Shown here in pieces: positions 21,195 through 31,803 of a DNA stretch of 64,000 nucleotides (positions are counted from its first letter, which is position 1; every line of letters begins with the position of its first letter). Below the pieces are notes generated by a model that saw nothing but the letters and a program-made list of their open reading frames with translations, was not told where the DNA came from and did not search any database. Location of the stretch: NCBI GenBank assembly GCA_038893355.1, contig JAWARQ010000002.1, forward strand, positions 168,591 through 232,590, in the 5' to 3' direction. Position numbers and translations under genes: made by a program. This DNA comes from Sulfolobaceae archaeon. GTDB taxonomy: Archaea > Thermoproteota > Thermoprotei_A > Sulfolobales > Sulfolobaceae.

Positions 21195-21473
21195 TTAATT
21201 GATTTTCTTAAGTCTTAATAATAATGTACCGTAGTGATATTCTTTATGAAGTATATTGGGACTAAGTATTATGTCACTTCTAATTTTAATTATTTTTATT
21301 ATATTATTTGATTTAACATCATATAAATATATCTTATTTTTATCTATTTTAATATCAATTCTATCTAATTTTAAATCTCTACCTCTTAAGTCCACGTAAA
21401 CCTCTATATAATCACCTATCTGTAGAATTTCTACGTCTGGATCTTCATCTTGTTGAATTATGGATGGTGTCAT
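21195..21473 (-). CDS. small Hsp20/alpha-crystallin-like protein
   Basis: DVEI...IEVYVDLRG...IDIKI...YHYGTLLLRLKK resembles an ACD fold. Confidence 0.6.
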   Translation of the reverse strand: MTPSIIQQDEDPDVEILQIGDYIEVYVDLRGRDLKLDRIDIKIDKNKIYLYDVKSNNIIKIIKIRSDIILSPNILHKEYHYGTLLLRLKKIN

Positions 21474-21607
21474 AGTAATTACAATTATAAAAATGTAATC
21501 TAGGGTATAAAAGTCAAATTTCTATAAATAATACGTGTTAATGACAAGGGATGTATTACCTTGCCTACTACCTTTTAAGTAATTGAAAGTTAAGATATAT
21601 ACTGACC

Positions 21608-22234
21608 ATGGCAATACAAAACTTCCAAAAGATATGGGAGGGCAATAAAAAGGAAAAGGTATCAATCAAGGGCAAGGAACCATTGAGATATAGATTAGCT
21701 AATGCGAATTATAAAATAAGGGCTATGGTTAGTAGGCTCGATGCATACATAGCAAGGCTACAAGAGAGGGATAGGACATTATTCGAAAGAGTAGTTGAGG
21801 CTCAAATGTCGAAGGATACGATGAGGGCTGCAATGTATGCTAATGAGATTGCAGAGATTAGGAAGATTACTAAGCAGATGATAATAACCCAAATTGCCTT
21901 AGAGCAGGTCTCTTTAAGACTAGAAACTGTAGAAGAATTAGGTGACATATTCGTTAACTTAATACCAGTAGTTGGCGTAATATCAGAACTTAAGAGTGTA
22001 TTAAAGGGAATAATGCCAGAAATATCTATAGAACTAGGTGAAATAGGGGAGGCATTACAAGAAATAGTAGTAGAAGCTGGTAACTTCACTGGTGCACCTT
22101 ATGTAGGTGCTCCATCATCTCCAGAGGCAAGGAAGATATTAGAGGAAGCTGCAGCAATAGCAGAGCAGAGGATGAAAGAGAAGTTCCCAGATTTACCGCT
22201 ATCATCTGGTCTAACACAGGTTCAGAAGAGTTAA
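21608..22234 (+). CDS. ESCRT-III/CdvB paralogue (CdvB1/B2 type)
   Basis: [40 protein letters not shown]. Confidence 0.9.
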   Translation: MAIQNFQKIWEGNKKEKVSIKGKEPLRYRLANANYKIRAMVSRLDAYIARLQERDRTLFERVVEAQMSKDTMRAAMYANEIAEIRKITKQMIITQIALEQVSLRLETVEELGDIFVNLIPVVGVISELKSVLKGIMPEISIELGEIGEALQEIVVEAGNFTGAPYVGAPSSPEARKILEEAAAIAEQRMKEKFPDLPLSSGLTQVQKS

Positions 22235-22259
22235 ATTATCTTTTTTCTTCTTTTTATTC

Positions 22260-23402
22260 GTGGCTGAAAATTTTAGTGTATCACCTTGGGAAGTAAAAGG
22301 AAAAATTGATTATGACAAGCTTATTTTACAATTTGGTACTCAAAAAATAACTGATTCGTTGAAGGATAGAATTAAAAAAATAACCGGAGACCTTCATGTG
22401 TTTTTAAGGAGAAATATATTTTTTTCACATAGGGATTTGGATTTAGTAATAAAGGATTATGAAGAAGGAAAGGGATTCTATCTTTATACTGGCAGAGCAC
22501 CTTCTTTAGGTATGCACATTGGTCATTTAATTCCCTTTATATTTACAAAGTGGCTTCAAGACAAGTTTAAAGTGAATGTATTTATCGAAATAGCTGATGA
22601 TGAGAAGTTTATGAGAAATCCAGAGTACACTCTAGAACAAGTAAGATATTGGTCTTATGATAATATACTTGATATTATAGCAGTAGGATTTGACCCCGAT
22701 AGGACTTTCATTTTTCAAGATACAGAATATATAAGGAATATGTATCCAATAGCCATAAAGATAGCTAGGAAACTTACGTTCTCTGAAGTTAGAGCAACTT
22801 TTGGTTTAGATCCATCTTCTAATATAGGAATAATTTTCTATGTAGCACTTCAAATAGCACCGACAATGTTCGAAAAAAAGAGATGTCTTATACCGGCTGG
22901 AATTGATCAAGATCCTTATTGGAGGTTACAAAGAGATATAGCTGAAAGTTTAGGATATTACAAAGCAGCACAAATTCATAGTAAATTCTTACCACCCTTA
23001 ACCGGACCAGAGGGTAAAATGAGCTCTTCTGATCCAAATTCTGCAATATATCTTACTGATGATCCAAAGACCGTGGAAAGAAAGATTATGAAGTACGCAT
23101 TTTCGGGTGGGCAGCCGACTATTGAGTTACATCGAAAGTACGGCGGAAATCCAGAAATAGATGTTTCGTTTCAATGGTTATATTTCTTATTTGAGCCTGA
23201 TGATAATAAGATCAAGAAAATAGAAGAAGATTATAGGAGTGGAGCATTACTTACTGGTGAATTGAAACAGATACTAATAGAGAAGCTAAATGAATTTTTA
23301 GAAGAGCATAGGAAAAAGAGAGAAGAGGCTAAACAATTAATTAATTTATTTAAGTATGATGGAGAATTAGCTAGAGAGATGTGGAAAAAAATTCATGAGT
23401 AA
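22260..23402 (+). CDS. trpS: tryptophan--tRNA ligase
   Basis: YTGRAPS, HIGH, GIDQDPYWR, KMSSS. Confidence 0.97.
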   Translation: MAENFSVSPWEVKGKIDYDKLILQFGTQKITDSLKDRIKKITGDLHVFLRRNIFFSHRDLDLVIKDYEEGKGFYLYTGRAPSLGMHIGHLIPFIFTKWLQDKFKVNVFIEIADDEKFMRNPEYTLEQVRYWSYDNILDIIAVGFDPDRTFIFQDTEYIRNMYPIAIKIARKLTFSEVRATFGLDPSSNIGIIFYVALQIAPTMFEKKRCLIPAGIDQDPYWRLQRDIAESLGYYKAAQIHSKFLPPLTGPEGKMSSSDPNSAIYLTDDPKTVERKIMKYAFSGGQPTIELHRKYGGNPEIDVSFQWLYFLFEPDDNKIKKIEEDYRSGALLTGELKQILIEKLNEFLEEHRKKREEAKQLINLFKYDGELAREMWKKIHE

Positions 23403-23827
23403 TTTTTATATATATTTAATTTTTTAAGATGATATACTACTAAATTTGTGGAAATGTTCAGAACTTTTGCTATTCTATAAATAGATTCTCCATTCAAATA
23501 CATAGTCTTTATTTTCTCTATATCCTCGTTAGTTAATTTTCTTTTTGATTTAACTAATTTATGTTTTTTAAGAATTCTTAATACAGTATTTATATTAATA
23601 TTTAATGACTTACTTATTTTATTTGCACTATATCCTTGCCTAGCAAGCTCTAATATATTGTTTATTATCTCATAAGGAATCCTACCTCTAAATTGAATTT
23701 TAGCCTCTTTTAGAATCTTTCTAACTGCAGAATAACTCATGTTTAATTGGTTAGCTATTTCTCTAATACTCTTTCCAGATAGATAAAGGTTCTTTATTTG
23801 CTCTCGTAAATCCAAATTTTTTTCCAT
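23393..23827 (-). CDS. cbp1: triple-HTH CRISPR-repeat-binding protein Cbp1
   Basis: Three tandem HTH units (GKSIREIA, GYSANKIS, GESIYRIA); cdvB-trpS-cbp1 order as recalled for Sulfolobus. Confidence 0.75.
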   Translation of the reverse strand: MEKNLDLREQIKNLYLSGKSIREIANQLNMSYSAVRKILKEAKIQFRGRIPYEIINNILELARQGYSANKISKSLNININTVLRILKKHKLVKSKRKLTNEDIEKIKTMYLNGESIYRIAKVLNISTNLVVYHLKKLNIYKNYS

Positions 23828-23924
23828 AACGGAATTCTAAACTTGGAATTTAATTAATTTTCTCCAAATCCATCTGTTGGTAAAAGAGAATGCTTATAAG
23901 TGAATCCTATTAAAATTATCAAAA

Positions 23925-24497
23925 ATGACATCAATTATTTATTCTTTCTTTATAGGAATTGTATTAGGACTTTCTCTAGCAGCACCGCCAGGACCAATAA
24001 ATGCAATAATGGCCTATGAGTCAACTAGGTCAAAATATAATGGGATTGCAGTGGGAGCGGGAGCAATGTCTGCGGATGTCATTTTCTTTATTATTACATA
24101 TTTATTTTATCAAATAATTCCTCCTAAAATTACAATATATTTTTACTTTATAGGTGGAGTAATAATGATATATCTTGCATACTTAGTAGTGAAATCTAAG
24201 CCAATAAAAAGAGATATTAAAGGTAATTATCTAGTAGGCCTAATGACTGGACTAACAAATCCTTTCCAAATAATCTGGTGGTTAACTGCAGGGTTGTCAA
24301 TGATTAACCAATTAACGATATATGTGATACCCGGATTCTTCGTTGGTATTTTAATATGGATTACTTCTTTTCCATTATTAATTAACCAATTATCTCTAAA
24401 ATATAATATAAATTGGTATATAAAAATATTTTCATTTATAATATTATTAATATTTAGTATATTTTTACTTTATAATGGATTTTCTGCAATATTATGA
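23925..24497 (+). CDS. LysE family amino-acid exporter
   Basis: GLSLAAPPGPIN, GAMSAD, LTNPFQIIWW. Confidence 0.9.
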   Translation: MTSIIYSFFIGIVLGLSLAAPPGPINAIMAYESTRSKYNGIAVGAGAMSADVIFFIITYLFYQIIPPKITIYFYFIGGVIMIYLAYLVVKSKPIKRDIKGNYLVGLMTGLTNPFQIIWWLTAGLSMINQLTIYVIPGFFVGILIWITSFPLLINQLSLKYNINWYIKIFSFIILLIFSIFLLYNGFSAIL

Positions 24498-25420
24498 TAT
24501 TTTTTAGCTATATTTAAAACCTTTTTTGCGACTTCAACTGGATCCTTACCGAATATGTAAGTATTAGGTTCAAGGCCTTTCCCGCCCAAATGGATAACGG
24601 CATCCATATTTTCCTGATAGACTGATGCAATAGATAAGGCAATACTTAAGTCATCAATTTCAGAAGAAGGACCAATAACTGCGAACTTAAAGTTTAATTC
24701 TTTTAGTATTTTCTCAATCTTTTCATCAAATTTTATATTCATTACTGCTCTAACTTCGGGCGAAATCTTCATTACGTTTAATAAGACTAGAGCTAGATGT
24801 TTACTCCCACCCCATGCAGGCTTTGAAGATGCTTTAGGAATTTCAAATACTTTTGTTATTCTTCCAGGAATTGCTATTATATCTTTCTCAGATCTTGCGT
24901 TCCTTTTTGCAAATGCTATGTTACTAAGTACTTCTGGTATTAATGGCGTCACTATTCTGTTCTCAAGCATTAGTACTGCAATATTCATCAGTTCTTCTTC
25001 ACTTTCTCTATATAAATCTCTGCAAATTTCACAATCATTTGGTATATTGCTATCAATTTTTTTATGGTATCTACAAAACTTTAGATAACTTAAAGAAGAA
25101 AGGCCGAATATTGTCAAATAACTCATTACTGCCTTTTGATCTCCCTTTAATAGAAGTTCAGTAATATTTTGTAAGAATTCTTCTATTTCCTCTTTAGATA
25201 GCCCTAAATCTATTAATTTAGAATACAAGTTTTCTTCAGATTCATCTAAATACTGCTTAATAGCTGGCTGTGTAACTCCTAGTAACATCGCAATTTTATT
25301 CTGGCTCATTCCTAATTGTCTTAATCTCTTTGCCTCTATTGCCCTTAAAGTAGGGATTAATATCTCTGTTATCATATCTAGTGGTGATTTAAACACGAGT
25401 ATAGTTATACTGAAACTCAA
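24470..25420 (-). CDS. HTH-ThiN thiamine-responsive regulator (ThiR-like)
   Basis: N-terminal HTH SQNKIAMLLGVTQPAI, C-x2-H/C-x2-C motif, ThiN domain IPEV, PGRI, GGSKHLA, GLEP; start uncertain. Confidence 0.8.
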   Translation of the reverse strand: MSFSITILVFKSPLDMITEILIPTLRAIEAKRLRQLGMSQNKIAMLLGVTQPAIKQYLDESEENLYSKLIDLGLSKEEIEEFLQNITELLLKGDQKAVMSYLTIFGLSSLSYLKFCRYHKKIDSNIPNDCEICRDLYRESEEELMNIAVLMLENRIVTPLIPEVLSNIAFAKRNARSEKDIIAIPGRITKVFEIPKASSKPAWGGSKHLALVLLNVMKISPEVRAVMNIKFDEKIEKILKELNFKFAVIGPSSEIDDLSIALSIASVYQENMDAVIHLGGKGLEPNTYIFGKDPVEVAKKVLNIAKKYHNIAENPL

Positions 25421-25559
25421 AATTAAACTAAATTGTTGCTGAATTCTCCGCTTATCTCTTATAAGACTTAAAAAAGGAAGATTAATATAACTGCTGTATC
25501 TTGATAGAAATATGAACCATTCATGATAGTAAGTAATATAATTAAGGAGAAAAATTTAA

Positions 25560-25614
25560 AAGTGATGATATGTGCCCGCGATACTGAAAAGTGATGATAT
25601 GTAGCAAAGTTGAT
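25560..25614 (+). ncRNA. possible C/D-box sRNA
   Basis: GTGATGA 25562, CTGA 25584, GTGATGA 25591, TTGA 25610. Confidence 0.55.
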
Positions 25615-25667
25615 AATGATGACGGTCTTCAGCAGCGAATTATGAGCACTAATCTCCCGGACTGATT
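25615..25667 (+). ncRNA. C/D-box sRNA, guides predicted against tRNA-Phe
   Basis: ATGATGA 25616, guide cggtcttcagca, D' GCGA 25635, C' TTATGA 25640, guide gcactaatctcccgga, CTGA 25662. Confidence 0.75.
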
Positions 25668-25744
25668 TTATTTATAAATTTAAGAACTATACTGTTAGAT
25701 TGATAGGTGAAATAGTTCCACCCATCTGAGTTTAATGATGATTA

Positions 25745-26062
25745 TCATACCTCTATCATTGAAAGTACATTACTAATCACTTCATCTATTACTTTCCTTT
25801 CTCCAATTATTACAATATCATCTTTACTCGGTTCGTAAAATTTTAGTATTAGTTTAGCTATATTCTCGGGATTAACTGCAGTAACATCAATTACTTCACC
25901 GCCCTCAAGTTTATCAGATTCATATATTGCAATTGCCATATTTCTGTATACTGAGACCCTTAAGGTACCTACGATCTTTCCGTCCTCTACTTTCTTATAA
26001 ACATAAAGCGATGCCAAAGGTTCCGTCATTCCGTGCCTATAGTACTCTATGTGTTTGATCAT
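25745..26062 (-). CDS. hypothetical protein
   Basis: 105-aa ORF with upstream TATA-like element; no motif recognised. Confidence 0.75.
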   Translation of the reverse strand: MIKHIEYYRHGMTEPLASLYVYKKVEDGKIVGTLRVSVYRNMAIAIYESDKLEGGEVIDVTAVNPENIAKLILKFYEPSKDDIVIIGERKVIDEVISNVLSMIEV

Positions 26063-26285
26063 ACTAGTAGCTAAATAGATATATTATTAAAAACATTCAC
26101 TTATAAAATCACTATAAATATACTTCACTAAAATATTGAACTCCACTAGATTATGATAATCATTTTTAAAATAATAAATTAATATTATCTATTTAAGTAT
26201 AATTAAATCTAGCCCTAATTAAAAGTGAAAGTTCAATATATTGCTAAGATCATGTAGAATTTTTAAGTTTAATCTGTGAAGAAGA

Positions 26286-26340
26286 TAATGATGAAGAGAA
26301 CTTACCCGGCTGAGTTATGAAGAGAGAGGGAAGACTGAGA
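26286..26340 (+). ncRNA. C/D-box sRNA, D' guide complementary to 23S rRNA CCGGGUAAGUUC
   Basis: ATGATGA 26288, guide agagaacttacccgg, CTGA 26310, GTTATGA 26314, CTGA 26335. Confidence 0.85.
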
Positions 26341-26383
26341 TAAAATAATATATTTAAGAATAAAATGCATATATTCTCCCAAT

Positions 26384-27304
26384 ATGCCACTAGATCCTGT
26401 ATTTAGGAGTATAATAGAACAATTTTCAAAGCAAAAGCCAGATATGAGTAGAATTACGCCGGAAGAATTTAGAAAGCTTATGAATACGTTACTGAGCATA
26501 TCCCCTCGAGAGGACGTGTATAAAGTGAAAGACACAGTAGTAAAGGGTTCTCAAGCTGAAATACCTATTCGCCTCTACTATCCTAGTGAGAGACCTAATG
26601 GTATTCTTGTTTACTTCCACGGTGGTGGGTGGGTTATTGGAGATATTGAGTCTTATGATCCTCTATGTAGAGCAATAGCGAAGTCTTGCAATTGCATTGT
26701 AGCTTCAGTAGGATATCGTCTAGCACCTGAACATAAATTTCCTGCAGCCGTTATAGACTCGTTTGATAGTTTAAAATGGGTCTCAGAGAATGCAGAGGAA
26801 ATAGGATCTAAGAAGGAATTAATAGCGGTAGGTGGGGATAGTGCAGGGGGAAATTTAGCTGCAGTTGTAAGTATACTAGCTAGAGATAACAATATACCTC
26901 TAAAATATCAAGTACTAATTTACCCTGCTGTAGGAATAGACGCAACTTCATATTCCATGATAGAGTATAGATGGGGTTTCTTCTTAGAAGCTGACATTAT
27001 GAATTGGTTTTTAAGAAATTATATAAATAGTGTTAATGACATGCTAGATCCCAGATTTTCGCCAATATTAGCTGATGACCTTAAAGGGTTACCTCCTGCA
27101 TTGGTAATTACTGCAGAGTATGATCCTTTAAGAGATCAAGGAGAAGCATATGCCTCAAGACTTAGAAATGCAGGAGTTCCAGTAATTTCGGTCAGATTCA
27201 ACGGTGTAATACATGGGTTCCTTTCATTCTTTGGTATCTCAGGCGCTGGGAGGGCTGCAATAGAACTTATAGGCTCTGTCTTAAAAAGGACATTTAAATC
27301 ATAG
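26384..27304 (+). CDS. HSL-family esterase/lipase (alpha/beta hydrolase)
   Basis: HGGGW, GDSAGG, YDPLRD, HGF. Confidence 0.95.
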   Translation: MPLDPVFRSIIEQFSKQKPDMSRITPEEFRKLMNTLLSISPREDVYKVKDTVVKGSQAEIPIRLYYPSERPNGILVYFHGGGWVIGDIESYDPLCRAIAKSCNCIVASVGYRLAPEHKFPAAVIDSFDSLKWVSENAEEIGSKKELIAVGGDSAGGNLAAVVSILARDNNIPLKYQVLIYPAVGIDATSYSMIEYRWGFFLEADIMNWFLRNYINSVNDMLDPRFSPILADDLKGLPPALVITAEYDPLRDQGEAYASRLRNAGVPVISVRFNGVIHGFLSFFGISGAGRAAIELIGSVLKRTFKS

Positions 27305-28616
27305 TATATTCCTTCTTTGCTTCTTCTAATACATTATACAATTCTTTAGAAGCATAATCTATACTACATTTCTTCACAGTCTCTTTTGCAAGACCTTCAA
27401 ATTTCTCTCCGTATTTAATTGCTAATTTAATTTTTTCCTCTAGATCTTTATGATCTCCTCTCTTAAACGTATAACCATTACCGCCTTCTATTACTAGTTC
27501 ACTTACCCCTGCACCGTCACTTACCACAACCGGTTTTCCATAAGTCCATGCCTCGCATATGGTTAATCCAAACCCTTCTACTTTAGACGGTAATATTACT
27601 ACATTAGACCTTTGGTATAAGGCTTGAAGTGTTTCGTGCTCTACGTAACCAGTAAATACTACTTTATTTTCTATTCCCAATTCTTTAGATAAGTTATACA
27701 ATTTCCTTAACCATACGCTAGACTTATCGTGGCCTAACGTCTTACTAGTAAAGCTACCGTTACCAACTATCAATAGTTTTACGTCAAGATTTTTAACAGC
27801 CTTTATTACAACATCTTGACTTTTTATTGGGTCCATTCTTCCTACAACTAATATTACAACATCTTGACTTTTTATTCCAAACTTATTTTCAATATTTTCT
27901 ATTTCATTTTTTGACACACTTTTAAATTCTCTCGGATCTATAAAAGGATAAATTTGTTTCACTTTCACCCTAGCTCCAGACCTTACTAAACCTTCTAAGT
28001 CTCTCTTTGTACTTACTACAACATAGTCAAAGGCTTCAAAGGATCTGACTATAAATTCCCTAAGCTTAATACTCAGATATTCGGGAATGAAAGGTATATG
28101 ATACCATAAAACCACAGGTGCGGAAGGTCCTATTATTCCACCTACGAGTAATTGTTGAAAATCATTTACTAGGTAAACATCAGTATCATCATAAAACTCT
28201 AGAAGTTTTTGGGCTGATATCCAGTTATATTGCGCGTAACCTAAATATTCTCTGCTAGAAATAATATTACAGCCTGTTAAACCATGGCTTTCGTTATATA
28301 TGCATTCCTTAAATTTGGTATATGCTGAGAGAATATTATTAGGTACATCTACAAAATGTACTTCACTATCTAAATACTTTACTGAAGGGGGATACCCAGG
28401 CCCTAGACATACCCACCTAACTTTCTTGAACTTTATATTCTTAATTAATCCAATCATCATCTTAGCTACTCCGCCTACAGCAATTTGATAATCAGAAGGA
28501 TCTAAGGAGTTTATATCAATTGGTAATTCTAAATATCCGTATTTATCTAGAAGATCTCGGTAATTTAGGTTAAATCTAAACGGAGGCGTTTGGGTATTAA
28601 TAGTGAGTGAAATCAT
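27294..28616 (-). CDS. GT4 family glycosyltransferase
   Basis: [32 protein letters not shown]. Confidence 0.9.
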   Translation of the reverse strand: MISLTINTQTPPFRFNLNYRDLLDKYGYLELPIDINSLDPSDYQIAVGGVAKMMIGLIKNIKFKKVRWVCLGPGYPPSVKYLDSEVHFVDVPNNILSAYTKFKECIYNESHGLTGCNIISSREYLGYAQYNWISAQKLLEFYDDTDVYLVNDFQQLLVGGIIGPSAPVVLWYHIPFIPEYLSIKLREFIVRSFEAFDYVVVSTKRDLEGLVRSGARVKVKQIYPFIDPREFKSVSKNEIENIENKFGIKSQDVVILVVGRMDPIKSQDVVIKAVKNLDVKLLIVGNGSFTSKTLGHDKSSVWLRKLYNLSKELGIENKVVFTGYVEHETLQALYQRSNVVILPSKVEGFGLTICEAWTYGKPVVVSDGAGVSELVIEGGNGYTFKRGDHKDLEEKIKLAIKYGEKFEGLAKETVKKCSIDYASKELYNVLEEAKKEYTMI

Positions 28617-28844
28617 TTTTAAGACACTATCAAGTCCTTTTTTATACTTATAAATTTATATGAATTTGATCATTAAAATAATTGAAATATTTACTATTAT
28701 ATATCAGTTTTAATAGAAGATCTATATTTTTAATATTTATATTAAATAATTATTAATAAATTTAATTTCTAATAACTAAAAATTTTTGATATTATTGAGA
28801 ATAATTGTAGTTAAGGAAAGTATAACTATTATGTTATAGTGTTT

Positions 28845-29060
28845 ACCCATGGCGTAACTTATGATTACTTTTAATTACTTCTAATTCCGCCATAGGCACC
28901 TATAGGCGGGTCATAGGACTCCTTCGAGCCCAACAGCACGGGACTCACACTTCTGCACTCCTCACCCTCACCTCCTACGGTTGCGAACTTAGATCTGTTA
29001 GAGGCGAAGCATGTGGTGCTTTTTTAGGCATAGTCCACATCGGCATTAGGGATCATTTTT
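28845..29060 (-). mobile_element. possible degenerate TnpB 3' end / IS607- or IS200/605-type right-end remnant
   Basis: GC-rich island; minus frame reads SPVLLGSKESYDP (TnpB-tail-like); hairpin ccgccataggcacctataggcgg; short attactt direct repeats at the end. Confidence 0.45.
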
Positions 29061-29183
29061 ATCAATAAATGTAACATAAACGAATATAAAAAAGATTTCT
29101 ATAGATAGGAAAAAAGAATTCAGGCCTTTTTAATAAATTAATAGTTTTGTTCAAAGTTAGAAATATATTGATAATGAATAATA

Positions 29184-30986
29184 GTGTTACAAATGGTAAT
29201 AGCATGTACAAGGGATTGTTATGATACGTGTATATTTGATGATAATTACAAACCTTTAAATATTTTTCCAATAAACGGCTTTACCTGTTCTAGAGGATTA
29301 AAAGACCTAGAGAGGAATGGAAAAAATAGAATACTTAGTGCTATAATCGACGGGAAGGAGGTTTCTATAAATGATGCAATAAATTACGTAGCTAGAAAAT
29401 TAAAGGAGGTTCTAAAGAAGGGTAAAGAGAGGATAATCCATGTTGATTACGATGGGAATCAAGGGTTGTTAACCTGGTATTATCCTAGAAGGTTATGGAA
29501 TTTATTAGGAGTTAGTTCTACTGATTACAGTATTTGTTCGGCTGAGGGGCATAAGGCTATAGAGTTACATTACGGAACAAGTATGGGTGCTTTACCAGAA
29601 GAATTTCTTAACTATGACTCCTTCGTAATATGGGGATCCGAGGCAAGCATTAGTTTTATTCACGGTTGGAAGTTGATGAGTAATAAGTACAAAGTAGTTA
29701 TTGATGTAAGATTAAGCGAGACTGCGAAAAAGAGTGAGAAGTCTTTTATTATAAACCCCAGTTCTGATGTTTTCCTAGCTATTGGAATTATTAAGAAACT
29801 TTTCGAAAAAAATTGGGTTTCACCTAAGGCTTATGAAATTCTTGATGACGTTAATAAGCTTAAATCTTATGTAGAATTATTCGAAATGTCGAAGATAGTT
29901 AAATATGTTGGAATAAGTGAGGAAGAAATAGAAGAGATTGCTAGAATATATTACGAGAGAAAACCCCTAACTATAATAGGTTTTGCATTAGGTAGGACTA
30001 TAAATGGAGGTGACGCCATTTCATTAATCTCATTAATACCTGCATTAGTAGGAAATAGAAGGGGTTTCTTCTATTCGAATAGTCAGGGGTGGGGAATCGA
30101 TTTTAGTTATTTAGTAGGACTTCATTTAGGGAAACCAGTAAGGATAGTCGGAATGGCGGAAGTTGGATATGAGGTAGAAAAGGGTAATATTGAGTTTATG
30201 TTTGTATGGAATTGTAATCCCATTCATTCATTACCTGGTTCTGATAGGATAGTTGATGCTGTTAAAGATGGCAGACTATTTTTAGTTGTTCATGACCCTT
30301 TTAATAACGAGACAACGAAGTTGGCTAATGTAGCAATACCTGCACCTACGTTTCTTGAGAAGTATGACGTAGTTTACAGTTACTGGCATAATTATTTAGT
30401 CTATAACGAGCCTATTCAAAGAAAAATAGGAATTACTGAAATAGAGCTAATGAGGGGTTTAGCAAAAGAGATCGGTATTATTCACGAGGGTATTTTTAAG
30501 GACGAATGGGAAGAGCTTGAGTACGCTTTAAGAAATACTGGTATTTCAATAAAAGATTTAAAGGAAAAGAAATTTATAAAAATTAAATCAAATATAAATG
30601 CTTTATACTATAATAAGATAAAAGTAGAACCTTTACCACCACCAAAAAGTTTAAAGATGCCTAGTAAAAGGGTATTAGTTTTCTCCTCTCACCCTAATTA
30701 TACTAATAGTCAATTTAAGGAAATCTATGGGGAAAGGAAATTGATAATATATAACAAGTACTATGAAGGAGAGGGCTGGTTAACTAGTAGGTATGGTAGA
30801 GTTAAGGTTTATTTCGTAAAAGATGAAAAAGTTCCTGACAATGTTGTCTTTACATTTAAAAGTAACTTAGTTGGAATTGATGGAAAACCGCTAAATGCTC
30901 TAATAGGTTCAGAAAAAGGAAAATATGGTGGTACGCCATTATTAAATGGAACTGAGGTCGAGATTTATGTTGAAAAAGGTAGTTGA
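29184..30986 (+). CDS. molybdopterin-dependent oxidoreductase (DMSO reductase family); likely start ATG 29193
   Basis: CTRDCYDTC...GFTCSRG Fe-S motif, SICS, WNCNP, VVHDPF..ETTKLA...PA..FLE. Confidence 0.88.
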   Translation: MLQMVIACTRDCYDTCIFDDNYKPLNIFPINGFTCSRGLKDLERNGKNRILSAIIDGKEVSINDAINYVARKLKEVLKKGKERIIHVDYDGNQGLLTWYYPRRLWNLLGVSSTDYSICSAEGHKAIELHYGTSMGALPEEFLNYDSFVIWGSEASISFIHGWKLMSNKYKVVIDVRLSETAKKSEKSFIINPSSDVFLAIGIIKKLFEKNWVSPKAYEILDDVNKLKSYVELFEMSKIVKYVGISEEEIEEIARIYYERKPLTIIGFALGRTINGGDAISLISLIPALVGNRRGFFYSNSQGWGIDFSYLVGLHLGKPVRIVGMAEVGYEVEKGNIEFMFVWNCNPIHSLPGSDRIVDAVKDGRLFLVVHDPFNNETTKLANVAIPAPTFLEKYDVVYSYWHNYLVYNEPIQRKIGITEIELMRGLAKEIGIIHEGIFKDEWEELEYALRNTGISIKDLKEKKFIKIKSNINALYYNKIKVEPLPPPKSLKMPSKRVLVFSSHPNYTNSQFKEIYGERKLIIYNKYYEGEGWLTSRYGRVKVYFVKDEKVPDNVVFTFKSNLVGIDGKPLNALIGSEKGKYGGTPLLNGTEVEIYVEKGS

Positions 30987-31797
30987 TGCACATGTTCATT
31001 TGGGCTATTTCTCAATGCCTAATCACTGTTATGATTTCGTAAAAAGAATAGGCTTTACTAGAGTAGATATTCACCCATCAGAACTAACACTTAGAGATGA
31101 AGAAATTGAGATAGAGAAAATTTTACTAATTCCTTCATTTCCATGTGGAAATAATTTATGTACTGATGGATTTTATGATCAAGTTAAATGGAGGAAAGGA
31201 TTTGAGGATACTTTTTTACTTGTAGCTACTGTTAATCCTAATTGTAATATGGATATTAAAAAGGAATTAGAAAATCAGTATTCTCTAGGTGCAGTTGCTA
31301 TCAAGCTACATCCAGTTCATCATTATTATAAGCCTAATGACTATAGGCCAGAAGAAAAGGGTTTAAAGAACTTGATTGAAATTTATAGTTTTGCGGAAGA
31401 TTATAAGTTACCAATTATATTTCATACTGGAACAAGCATTGCAACGAATGCTAGAAATAAGTTCGGAGATCCGATTTTTATTGATGATGTAGTTAGAGAT
31501 TTTAATGTTAACGTAATTCTAGCTCATGCTGGAAGACCTATATGGTGTAATACGGCTTTTTATATGGCTAAAAACTATAGTAATGTTTATATAGAGATCT
31601 CATCAATACCCGTACATAGAATAAGAGAGTACATTCCCAGAATAAATGAGATATTAGATAAGGTTATATACGGGAGTGATTTTCCCCATTATAATGGGCA
31701 AACGTTGATTCAAAATGCTAAGGATATTGGAAACTTTTTTAAATGGGATAATAGAGTAATGAGGGAAAATATTATAAAACTAATAAGAATTCATTAA
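30946..31797 (+). CDS. amidohydrolase family 2 protein
   Basis: DAHVH, IKLHP, IFHTG, LAHAG, YGSDFP. Confidence 0.9.
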   Translation: MELRSRFMLKKVVDAHVHLGYFSMPNHCYDFVKRIGFTRVDIHPSELTLRDEEIEIEKILLIPSFPCGNNLCTDGFYDQVKWRKGFEDTFLLVATVNPNCNMDIKKELENQYSLGAVAIKLHPVHHYYKPNDYRPEEKGLKNLIEIYSFAEDYKLPIIFHTGTSIATNARNKFGDPIFIDDVVRDFNVNVILAHAGRPIWCNTAFYMAKNYSNVYIEISSIPVHRIREYIPRINEILDKVIYGSDFPHYNGQTLIQNAKDIGNFFKWDNRVMRENIIKLIRIH

Positions 31798-31803
31798 TTA
31801 TTT

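Noticed and set aside
19347-21200. Integrated virus or plasmid at tRNA-Val
   Set aside because: No integrase and no duplicated tRNA half (att site) seen.
23393-23827. CRISPR locus implied by cbp1
   Set aside because: No array or cas gene in the window; cbp1 is normally unlinked to arrays.
25700-25762. Additional C/D-like unit (CTGA 25726, ATGATGA 25735, TTGA 25759)
   Set aside because: No convincing box C, no recognisable target, and it overlaps a gene end; not supportable without RNA data.
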